Assembly (NCBI GenBank): GCA_027365445.1
Contig: DAHXNJ010000049.1
Coordinates: 1 to 39,966 of the forward strand
DNA from: Candidatus Saccharimonadota bacterium
GTDB lineage: Bacteria; Patescibacteriota; Saccharimonadia; Saccharimonadales; UBA4665
DNA length: 39,966 nt
Direction: 5' to 3'
How positions within the stretch are numbered: position 1 is the first letter of the stretch; each line of letters begins with the position of its first letter. Position numbers and translations under genes: made by a program. Below the pieces are notes generated by a model, which had not been told where the DNA came from, did no database searches, and worked only from the letters and a program-made list of their open reading frames with translations. Of the stretch, positions 32,318-39,966 are shown piece after piece.

Positions 32318-32536
32318 ATTGTTTGTCCTATTTATGTTTATGTAAGAAAATTAAAAATATTTATTAACCTGGGGCTTGATTAAGATAATTAAAAGGGGCT
32401 AAATGTATTAGAAGAGGATTATTTATAGCAACTAAGTTAGTTATAGTAATGATAATTTTTAAATAATAGACCACAACTATCAATAACATAATTTTAGTAT
32501 AGTGCTTATGTTAAATTTGAGTAGCTTTTTATTGTA

Positions 32537-33715
32537 CTATTTGTAAAGATATTCTCTTGTAAGTGGCATATTATCATTAATGCCCTTTGTAAATATGATC
32601 TGCGATAAGTCGTTTCCGCCATATGCAAACGCGCTTATAGATCCAGCAAGATATAGTCGCCACATTTTAATAAAACGCTCATCATACATTTTGGTTATCT
32701 TTGGAATTTGCTTATCGAATCTTCTTAACCATTCTTCTAGTGTTAAAGCATAATGAGGTCTTAAGTTCTCTACATCAATAACTCGCATTCCATAATCGGG
32801 AAATAGCTTTATAGTTTCTCTTAAACTTGGTATGTATCCACCAGGGAATATATATTTGTCTATCCAAGCGGGTAAATCTAGTTCTTTTTGTTGAGTTATT
32901 GTATGTAATACTGATATGCCCTTTGGTTTTAATAGATGATCTACTACATCAAAGTATTCTCGATGTTTACCTTTACCTACATGTTCAAATATGCCTACAC
33001 TAACGACACGATCATAAGTTTTAGTTGAATTTATTAAATCTTGATAATTCATTAGTTTAAACTTAGCTAAATGAGATACCTTCTCTTTTTTAGCTAGTTC
33101 TTGTGCAAATTGGTACTGCTCTTTGCTTAAGGTGACCCCTAAACCTTTGGCTTTATATTTTTTAGCTGCAGTTATAACAAGATGGCCCCAACCACAGCCT
33201 ATGTCTACAAATTCTTGCCCTTTTTCTAGTTGTAGTTTTTTTAGAACATGGTCTATTTTTTGTCGTTGAGCCTTCTCTAATGAATCATTCGGTGATTTAA
33301 AATAGGCACAAGTATAAGTCAACGTGTCATCTAGCCATAGCTTGTAGAAATCATTACCAAGATCATAATGTTTTTGTATGTTATCTAATTGATGAGCTTT
33401 GGTATTATTCTTGTGTTTATAGTTAACTATCTTACCAAATGAACTATTAATTAAAGCAAAATTCTCATCTGTTAGGCGAATAAGTTCCACTAATTCTTCA
33501 TCTGGAACAGTTAGTAGTCCGTCCATATAGGCTTCTCCAAAAGCAAGATCGCCTTTTCTAATTATGTCAGTTAAGACTTTAGGACTTTTTATGCTTACTG
33601 TTGTGTATGGCTTACCTTTGCCATAGGTTTTTGTTTCGGTGCCCCAATAGTCGATACTTATTGCCCCAATTGCTATTTTAGATATTACTTTGTCGAATAA
33701 TTTTTTGCTTAACAT
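32537..33715 (-). CDS. Cyclopropane-fatty-acyl-phospholipid synthase family SAM methyltransferase (Cfa/UfaA1/BfaB-like)
   Basis: HYDLGNDFY, TYTCAYF, and the SAM motif VDIGCGWGHL. 392 aa. Lies 38 nt downstream of the FAD oxidoreductase gene on the same strand. Confidence 0.85.
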   Translation of the reverse strand: MLSKKLFDKVISKIAIGAISIDYWGTETKTYGKGKPYTTVSIKSPKVLTDIIRKGDLAFGEAYMDGLLTVPDEELVELIRLTDENFALINSSFGKIVNYKHKNNTKAHQLDNIQKHYDLGNDFYKLWLDDTLTYTCAYFKSPNDSLEKAQRQKIDHVLKKLQLEKGQEFVDIGCGWGHLVITAAKKYKAKGLGVTLSKEQYQFAQELAKKEKVSHLAKFKLMNYQDLINSTKTYDRVVSVGIFEHVGKGKHREYFDVVDHLLKPKGISVLHTITQQKELDLPAWIDKYIFPGGYIPSLRETIKLFPDYGMRVIDVENLRPHYALTLEEWLRRFDKQIPKITKMYDERFIKMWRLYLAGSISAFAYGGNDLSQIIFTKGINDNMPLTREYLYK

Positions 33716-33753
33716 TTCAATATATTATCATCTAGTAGTCTTTTTACAAGGTT

Positions 33754-35106
33754 TTATCTTGATTTTACAGCCTTATCATATAGGGTGGGAGTTAGTGAGC
33801 TCGGATCATACTTATTTTTAAGGTGTGTATATTCTTTTCCGTTATATATGGAATTAAATGTTTTTTTATCCATAAATGTTGAGGAATACAGCATTTTTAT
33901 GCCTTTATGATCAAAACAGTAATCATCCATTATTTTAGTAGATAAATAAGGTTTAGTCTTGGATTTTTTAGCTACGTAACTATAACTGCCTAAGTTTAGG
34001 TATAGCTGGTTAGTTTTGATTGGATAAAAACTAGCGTCAAATTTTGTCTTTATAGGTACGGCCATTATGGGTCTGCCGGATAAATCTAAATTTTCTAGAG
34101 CGAAGTTCAATAGGCTAAAAGCATTTTTCCAAGGCACTTCCCAGTCTTGTATTAGCTGTTCTAGATTAGGATCTTCAAAATTAATAAAAGGCAGTATTTT
34201 ATTTATGTTTCTTTGCCAATTAACATAGCGAGCATAAAAGGCCGAATTTCTTATTTTTCCTGGAGCAAAAGTTCTGAATAACTCATAGAATGGAGTTTCG
34301 GGTATGGCCCAAAACCATTCTGGGTCATAGCGAAAGATATATTCTTTTGTAGTTAGGGTCATAACATGCGGATGACTTAATTCCTTATAAAAGATATTAT
34401 TCCCGTAAATACTTTTTAAATTATTTATTTCGTCGGTTTGTCGGCTGGTTATTAAATAAAATTTTTGGCTAGAATAGACTAAACTTTCTATGTAATCTAC
34501 GTTTTTGTCATTTACTGACTTTTCCATAGCACTTATAAATAATCTTAAATCAGTATATTGTTCAGATTTTAGTTGAACATATTTCTTAGCTGGTCTTAGT
34601 TTAATCTTTGCTCTTAATATGTAGCCTAATGTTCCGTATGAATTAGGTAGTCCATGAAATAGATCTGAATATTTATTATTTGCATTGCATATCACAATCT
34701 GTCCATCGGGCAACAATACTTCTGCCTCAATTAAGCCGTCATGAACAAACCCATATTTATAGCTATTTGTTTCTATGCCGATTCCGACAGTAGCTCCACC
34801 AACTGTTATGTGTTTTAGCTCTGGTGCAACTAAGGGCAAAAGTCCATGGTGCAATGTTTCATCTACTAAAGTCTCATAGGTAGTAAGTCCTTGTACGTCA
34901 GCTGTAAGTTTTTCTTTGTCAATAAATAGAACTTTATTAAAATCGCTTAGATCAATTTTTCGAGCATTATTTGAATTCCTGCCCTCATAGCGAAAAAGAT
35001 TTGAGACAGATTTCTTTTTTATAGTAAAACTGTCTTTATTATTGCTCAGTAAAGCTTTAAGTCGTTTGACTTGATCAACATGAATATCTGTAATATCTCT
35101 AGGCAT
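33754..35106 (-). CDS. FAD-binding (PCMH-type) oxidoreductase, DHCR24/Diminuto/BfaA-like
   Basis: ELKHITVGGATVGIGIETNSYKYGFVHDGLIEAEVLLPDGQIVIC parallels DHCR24 [28 protein letters not shown]....LVLADGS. Confidence 0.8.
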   Translation of the reverse strand: MPRDITDIHVDQVKRLKALLSNNKDSFTIKKKSVSNLFRYEGRNSNNARKIDLSDFNKVLFIDKEKLTADVQGLTTYETLVDETLHHGLLPLVAPELKHITVGGATVGIGIETNSYKYGFVHDGLIEAEVLLPDGQIVICNANNKYSDLFHGLPNSYGTLGYILRAKIKLRPAKKYVQLKSEQYTDLRLFISAMEKSVNDKNVDYIESLVYSSQKFYLITSRQTDEINNLKSIYGNNIFYKELSHPHVMTLTTKEYIFRYDPEWFWAIPETPFYELFRTFAPGKIRNSAFYARYVNWQRNINKILPFINFEDPNLEQLIQDWEVPWKNAFSLLNFALENLDLSGRPIMAVPIKTKFDASFYPIKTNQLYLNLGSYSYVAKKSKTKPYLSTKIMDDYCFDHKGIKMLYSSTFMDKKTFNSIYNGKEYTHLKNKYDPSSLTPTLYDKAVKSR

Positions 35107-35108
35107 AT

Positions 35109-35178
35109 ATAACTACATACTATTTTGCATTTTTACTTAAGAGTCAAGTTAAAAAACAAATTTATAGTATGTAGTTAT
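35109..35178. repeat. Perfect 15-bp inverted repeat flanking a 40-nt spacer, abutting the FAD-oxidoreductase start codon
   Basis: ataactacatactat (35109-35123) is the exact reverse complement of atagtatgtagttat (35164-35178). The left arm lies 2 nt from the ATG (35104-35106, minus strand). Confidence 0.9.
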
Positions 35179-35198
35179 TTTTGATGAGCTATTATTTG

Positions 35199-35627
35199 CT
35201 AACGCATTAATAGTAATCTAACTGGAACCTTATTTGCCGTTGCCCATGTTTTGGCTTCGCTGCGTATGGACTTTATTGTCGCTTTTCGTTGAGTAGGAGT
35301 TAGGCTTTTTAGACCAACTAGTTTTTGAGACAATATTTTCCTTTCATTTAATATTGATGTTTCTTGTGATTGATTTATAATACCTTTTTTTGCTGCGTGA
35401 GAAAGTCTTTTAGTAATGGAAACTCTTTTAAAATGATGAGTCTTATAGTATTGTTTGATAGTATTTTTTACTGAAGGTTCGTTTAAATGATATTTTGTAG
35501 CTAAATCTTGAGACAGGGACATGTGTGATTTATTAGTGGATGCAAAAACTGGTGTTGCTAGTAATAGTGCACAACCGATTGTGGCTACTCCAGTAGTTAT
35601 ATATGCTGCTTTCTTATAATTAAACAT
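35199..35627 (-). CDS. Hypothetical secreted basic protein (142 aa)
   Basis: Signal peptide ...LLATPVFA-STN and a Lys-rich helical body. No recognised domain. Confidence 0.6.
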   Translation of the reverse strand: MFNYKKAAYITTGVATIGCALLLATPVFASTNKSHMSLSQDLATKYHLNEPSVKNTIKQYYKTHHFKRVSITKRLSHAAKKGIINQSQETSILNERKILSQKLVGLKSLTPTQRKATIKSIRSEAKTWATANKVPVRLLLMR

Positions 35628-35853
35628 AATTTATTACTATATTTCCTTTCGCTTAATATTCATCTCGTACATTTAGTACTAATTGTTAGATTACATAATG
35701 TTGCTGAGTTATAGCTTTATAACTATTAAGAGCTAAAAATTAATTAATTTATCACTTTGTTCTGTATAATAATGGTAAGATTTATTTTTAAAGGTTTAAG
35801 ATTCTACTAGCCTTACTTATATAAAAATTTAACGGTGTTAAAAAGCGTTTTTT

Positions 35854-37653
35854 ATGAGAGATATTATAAAAATTATAAAATTCACCAAAAGCTTATGGCG
35901 CTATTATTTGGCCATTAGTATTTTTACTATTTTATTGGCTGGAATGAGTCAATTACAGCCTCTTTTTGTTAAGGGGGCAATTGATCAAATAACTAATGTT
36001 TTGCACGGTCATAAAGTGAATATAGGTGTAGTTGCTATGTTTGCCATCTTTATTTTTATAACCGATTTAGGCACCACTTTTTTTAGCAATATATCTGGTT
36101 ACTTGGGAGATATTTTAGCTGTTAAATTACAGCAATTTATGAGTGAAAAATACTTTGAGCATTTGCTTGATTTAACACAGTCCTACTTTGATAGTGAATT
36201 AACCGGAACGATCATTAACCGAATGAATCGAGGAATTGGGCAGATTAGTCAATTTATTAATATTCTTAGTAATAACTTTCTTCAGTTTATTTTTAGTACT
36301 ATTTTTTCTTTAGCTATAGTTTATTACTTTTCTTGGCAGGTAGGATTAATGCTAACAGCTATTTATCCAGTTTTTATATATATGACTAAAAAGACTTCTA
36401 AGAAGTGGCAAACCTACCAGAAAGATATTAATAAAGAGCAAGATATAGCAAGTGGACGGTTTGCTGAAGCTATAGGGCAAATAAAGGTAGTTAAAAGTTT
36501 TCTGCAGGAAAGAAGAGAGCTTAGTATTTTTAGCCGTCATTTCGCCAAATCAGTTACTACCACTTATCCCCAAAGTCGTTTATGGCATAAACAAGATATA
36601 TCAAGAAGGTTAATACTAAATGTCATTTTTATGGCCATTTACGTATATATTTTTGTTGAGACTGCTAGAGGTGTGTACGGACTAGGTACTATGGTTTTAC
36701 TTATTCAATATGCTCAATTAATTCGTATACCAATTTTTAGTATTAGCTTTTTAGTAGATCAGACCCAAAGGGCGATTTCAAATACAAAAGATTATTTTGA
36801 TGCTATTGATATAGAAGCGGATATTGTTGATCCAGTCGATGCAATAGATCATGAATTTAGAGATGGTAAAGTTTTATTTAAGGATGTTAAATTTAGCTAT
36901 GATAATAAAAAAATGATATTAAAAGGCTTAAGCTTTAAGCTTGATCCGAATACTAAAACGGCATTAGTTGGTGAAAGCGGAGAAGGTAAAACGACTATTA
37001 CTAATTTAATGTTAAGACTATATGAGCCACAAAGCGGTGAGATTGAAATTGATGGACAAAATATAGCCAAAATAACTCAAAAAAGTCTTCGTAGTCAAAT
37101 AGCGGTAGTTTTTCAAGAGCCGGCATTATTTAGTGGTAGTATCAAAGCTAATATTGCTTATGGTACCCCATCGGCAAAGCTTAAAGATATTAAAGAAGCG
37201 GCGCGTTTAGCTAATGCTAATGAATTTATAGATAAATTAGAAAATGCTTACGATACAGAAATTGGAGAAAGGGGGTTAAAGCTAAGCGGAGGACAAAAAC
37301 AACGTATTGCCATTGCGAGGGCATTGTTAAAGAATGCTCCAATTCTTATTTTAGATGAAGCAACGTCTAGCCTAGATAGTAGGAGTGAGAGATTAGTCCA
37401 AGAAGCTTTAGATAATCTAATGGCCAATCGAACGACATTAATAATTGCTCATCGATTAAGCACTATCCAATCGGTAGATCAGATAGTGACTATTAAAGGA
37501 GGTATTGTTGATGAAGCTGGTACTCCAAGTGAACTAGAGTCTAGTGGTGGTATTTACGATCAACTGCTGAAATTACAGCGAGGACATAACGATAAGACAA
37601 AAGAAAAACTAAAAGAGTACGGTATTAAACAGGAAGATCAATCGCCTTTATAA
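35854..37653 (+). CDS. ABC exporter, fused permease/ATPase (MsbA/type I exporter family)
   Basis: Six-TM N-terminal half, Walker A GESGEGKTT, signature LSGGQKQRIAIARAL, Walker B ILILDEATSSLD, and H-loop AHR. Confidence 0.92.
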   Translation: MRDIIKIIKFTKSLWRYYLAISIFTILLAGMSQLQPLFVKGAIDQITNVLHGHKVNIGVVAMFAIFIFITDLGTTFFSNISGYLGDILAVKLQQFMSEKYFEHLLDLTQSYFDSELTGTIINRMNRGIGQISQFINILSNNFLQFIFSTIFSLAIVYYFSWQVGLMLTAIYPVFIYMTKKTSKKWQTYQKDINKEQDIASGRFAEAIGQIKVVKSFLQERRELSIFSRHFAKSVTTTYPQSRLWHKQDISRRLILNVIFMAIYVYIFVETARGVYGLGTMVLLIQYAQLIRIPIFSISFLVDQTQRAISNTKDYFDAIDIEADIVDPVDAIDHEFRDGKVLFKDVKFSYDNKKMILKGLSFKLDPNTKTALVGESGEGKTTITNLMLRLYEPQSGEIEIDGQNIAKITQKSLRSQIAVVFQEPALFSGSIKANIAYGTPSAKLKDIKEAARLANANEFIDKLENAYDTEIGERGLKLSGGQKQRIAIARALLKNAPILILDEATSSLDSRSERLVQEALDNLMANRTTLIIAHRLSTIQSVDQIVTIKGGIVDEAGTPSELESSGGIYDQLLKLQRGHNDKTKEKLKEYGIKQEDQSPL

Positions 37654-38145
37654 CTACAAAACTGAATTTTCTGTTCTTAAGAAATGACAAGTATATCTTC
37701 CGGGATGTTTTCTTAAGTAATCTTGATGGTACTCTTCCGCTGGGTAAAATTTGGTAAATTTCTCTAGACTAGTTACGACTGGTTTTTTATAGATCTTAGA
37801 GCTATTTACTTTATCTATTACTTTATTAGCTATCTCTAATTCTTCATTATTTTGATAAAAAATGGCTGAACGATATGATGTTCCTTTATCGTTACCCTGC
37901 TGGTTTAGGGTAGTTGGATCATGAATTCTAAAAAAATAGTCTAAGATCTTTTCATAGGTAGTTAATTTAGGATCATAAGTAATTGCTAGACTTTCTGCAT
38001 ATCCTGGATGATTATCGTAGGTAGGATCTTTAGCAATACCACCACAGTAGCCAGCTAAAGTATCGACGACACCTATCTGATCTCTAATAAGTTCTTGTAG
38101 ACCCCAAAAACAACCACCAGCTAAGTAAATAGATTTATTATTCAT
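37654..38145 (-). CDS. msrA: Peptide-methionine (S)-S-oxide reductase
   Basis: LAGGCFWG catalytic motif and HDPTT, YRSAIFY, YHQDYL. The stop abuts the ABC exporter stop (convergent, no gap). Confidence 0.93.
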   Translation of the reverse strand: MNNKSIYLAGGCFWGLQELIRDQIGVVDTLAGYCGGIAKDPTYDNHPGYAESLAITYDPKLTTYEKILDYFFRIHDPTTLNQQGNDKGTSYRSAIFYQNNEELEIANKVIDKVNSSKIYKKPVVTSLEKFTKFYPAEEYHQDYLRKHPGRYTCHFLRTENSVL

Positions 38146-38208
38146 AAACTTATATTAACTGTTTTTATATGTATTAAAAGCGATTAATTCACAGCTTGAA
38201 GACTATAG

Positions 38209-38724
38209 TTAGCCATTGACTTCTTTTTGTAATCTAGAAAGGCTTGATTCAAAATCATCTGAAGGTAGCTTTATAGTAGGGATCTTAGCTTCTCTATAAG
38301 AATCTAATATAAGACTATGAAGTTCTTCTTCGTTAGATAAAACTGGATCACAAATCACTGCTAATGAATAACGAGCCGCATCAATTAGTGGCTTTAATTT
38401 AGGAAGCAAAAACTCACATTTATTTAATCTTGCATGAGCTCCTAAATCGCATAGTCCTGTGTTTATTAAGGCTGTTTTAGTAGTTAAAGGAATGGATTTT
38501 TCTTGTCCTAATGTCTTGCCTATAATTAATTTTCCATAAGCAGTAAAATTAGTTTCTTTATGTCTTGCTATATATCCTTCTTCATTTTTTTCTCGCTCTA
38601 ACTCATCACCAATGACAGTAATAGCAGCTTCGGGAACGTTATAGACGTCTGGGTTGTTATAAAATGCTTCTTGAAGTTCTGTTCTTAGAGCCCTATTAGG
38701 CCCAGATAAAACTATTTTTCTCAT
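38209..38724 (-). CDS. AAA_28/NadR-kinase-like fold protein with degenerate Walker A (probable pseudo-enzyme), otherwise hypothetical
   Basis: KIVLSGPNRALRTEL sits where the family has GxxGxGKT(T)L. VPEAA(I)TVI and a C-terminal Y..AVICDP resemble the AAA_28 layout (recalled, not searched). Confidence 0.45.
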   Translation of the reverse strand: MRKIVLSGPNRALRTELQEAFYNNPDVYNVPEAAITVIGDELEREKNEEGYIARHKETNFTAYGKLIIGKTLGQEKSIPLTTKTALINTGLCDLGAHARLNKCEFLLPKLKPLIDAARYSLAVICDPVLSNEEELHSLILDSYREAKIPTIKLPSDDFESSLSRLQKEVNG

Positions 38725-38960
38725 ATTAGATCTTTCTAATTAACACTTAATTGAATAAATATAAATTATACTCCTTAAAGACTATAAACGATTAAACAAA
38801 TATTAAATAATTTGCATATATATTTTTTACTAGATTTTTTTGGCTTTTAATCTGTTTTATTGATAATATGTAATCCTATGAAAGTATTAGGCGAAAATCA
38901 GTAAATTCTTAGAAACTATAAATTATTATAGTAGACAAAAGGTTATAAAGTAGATACAAC

Positions 38961-39966
38961 ATGTTAGTAGCAAGGCAGAAGCAACCCGATTTTATGAGAC
39001 GAAAGCAAAGTAAGCGTCTACGCTTCGTAGGAATCTTTGTCTTGTTAGTAATTTTATTAGCTGGGGCAGTTATATATAAGACATCTAATAAAAAAAGTAT
39101 TAACTCAACTAATGTGCCAACAAAATCTAATCAGAAACTAGCAGCAGCTGAATCTGGTTTATTGCCATGGCAGTTAACGTCTCCATTAAGTCGTATGGCC
39201 GTATTTCCTAACGGTAATAATCTAACTATCGTTGGTGGTCTTACTAGTTCAGGCTCGTCAGCTAGTGGAGTTTATGGTCTTAATACATCCAATGGTAATC
39301 TTAGCTTAAGCAGTTCATTATCTACTGGCGTACATGATGCAGCAAGTGCGATGGTAAACGGTAAAATGGTAATATTCGGAGGAGGACAGACTAGTTCAGT
39401 CAATACAGCTCAGACAATATCGGCAACATCGGGTGCTACTAATGTTTCAAAGATGCCTCAGCTACGTTCTGATGCTACTGCTGCAACTATAGGTAATACT
39501 ACTTATATTATTGGTGGTTATAATGGCAATAACGCTGATCCTCAGGTATTAACCACTACTAACGGAAAAACGTTTAATAATTTTGGATCATTACCTTTTC
39601 CAGTCAGATACGCGGCTGCTGCTGCGCTAAACGGTAAAATATATGTATTTGGAGGATTGGGAGTATCGGGTAGTTCATATAATCAGCCGGTCAATGAAGT
39701 ACAGATTATTAATCCAGCCAATCATACTATAAGTTTAGCCTCATGGAAATTACCTATGCCACTAGAAGGAGCTACAGCTGTCGTACTAAATAATGAGATG
39801 TTTTTAGTGGGAGGACAAAGTAATCAAGTTCAAAATATTCAATTAGGTGTAGGAACAACTCAAGTAAAGGGAATCTCTACCACTAATACTAAAACAAGCA
39901 ATAGTATATATGCTGTGAACACTCAAAGTGGCCAGTTCTTGTTAGCCGGTCATTTACAAGTTCCAG
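38961..39966 (+). CDS. Membrane-anchored Kelch-repeat beta-propeller protein (3' end beyond the window)
   Basis: I translated this by hand and it is open to the window end. Basic N-terminus plus TM (FVGIFVLLVILLAGAVIY). Repeated Kelch blades: NGKMVIFGGG, NTTYIIGGYNG, NGKIYVFGGLG, NNEMFLVGGQ. It is absent from the ORF track because there is no stop in the window. Confidence 0.75.
   Translation, partial: MLVARQKQPDFMRRKQSKRLRFVGIFVLLVILLAGAVIYKTSNKKSINSTNVPTKSNQKLAAAESGLLPWQLTSPLSRMAVFPNGNNLTIVGGLTSSGSSASGVYGLNTSNGNLSLSSSLSTGVHDAASAMVNGKMVIFGGGQTSSVNTAQTISATSGATNVSKMPQLRSDATAATIGNTTYIIGGYNGNNADPQVLTTTNGKTFNNFGSLPFPVRYAAAAALNGKIYVFGGLGVSGSSYNQPVNEVQIINPANHTISLASWKLPMPLEGATAVVLNNEMFLVGGQSNQVQNIQLGVGTTQVKGISTTNTKTSNSIYAVNTQSGQFLLAGHLQVP

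Noticed and set aside
1-39966. Mobile elements, prophage, CRISPR-Cas, tRNA/rRNA genes and known defence systems
   Set aside because: I found no transposase, integrase, recombinase, Cas, restriction-modification or nuclease/ATPase defence-type proteins among the ORFs. There are no long terminal inverted or direct repeats, and no tRNA-like T-arm (GGTTCGAAT-type) sequences on inspection. Absence is by eye only.

Overview
AT-rich (roughly one-third G+C by eye) bacterial chromosomal window using the standard genetic code and mostly strong Shine-Dalgarno sites. I support about 33 protein genes on both strands and one cis-regulatory RNA, a SAM-I riboswitch with terminator in front of metK. I found no rRNA, tRNA, CRISPR array, transposase, integrase or phage genes. 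Housekeeping genes: class A PBP, metK, typA/bipA, msrA, two ABC systems and an IMPDH-family gene. Three things stand out. (1) A block of four consecutive secreted Asn/Ser/Thr-rich repeat proteins (6621-11185) shares a periodic '(A/G)G(N/S)A(T/N)SG(N/S)' rung motif. A SipW-type signal peptidase sits next to another secreted protein at the left edge. (2) The window is unusually dense in families that are hallmarks of Actinobacteria although the DNA is very AT-rich: an orphan PafA/Dop (Pup-ligase family) gene, a WhiB-like Fe-S regulator, an orphan QcrB/b6-like di-haem cytochrome b, a PimA-like GT4 with a PIG-L/LmbE deacetylase, a GuaB1-type IMPDH/GMPR protein, a TreS-like GH13 enzyme, and a BfaA/BfaB-like pair (10-methyl branched fatty acid logic). 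(3) An uncharacterised two-gene unit lies between the cytochrome b and whiB-like genes: a small protein plus a 552-aa hyper-acidic protein with an internal Pup-like 'YELGGE' motif. My best candidates for a new system are the orphan Pup-ligase-family gene with this adjacent orphan unit, and the secreted repeat-protein cluster. Taxonomy cannot be fixed from the window. It looks like a small-genome Gram-positive-type or CPR/Saccharibacteria-like organism, or a very AT-rich relative of Actinobacteria. All family calls come from motif recognition by eye; no searches were run.
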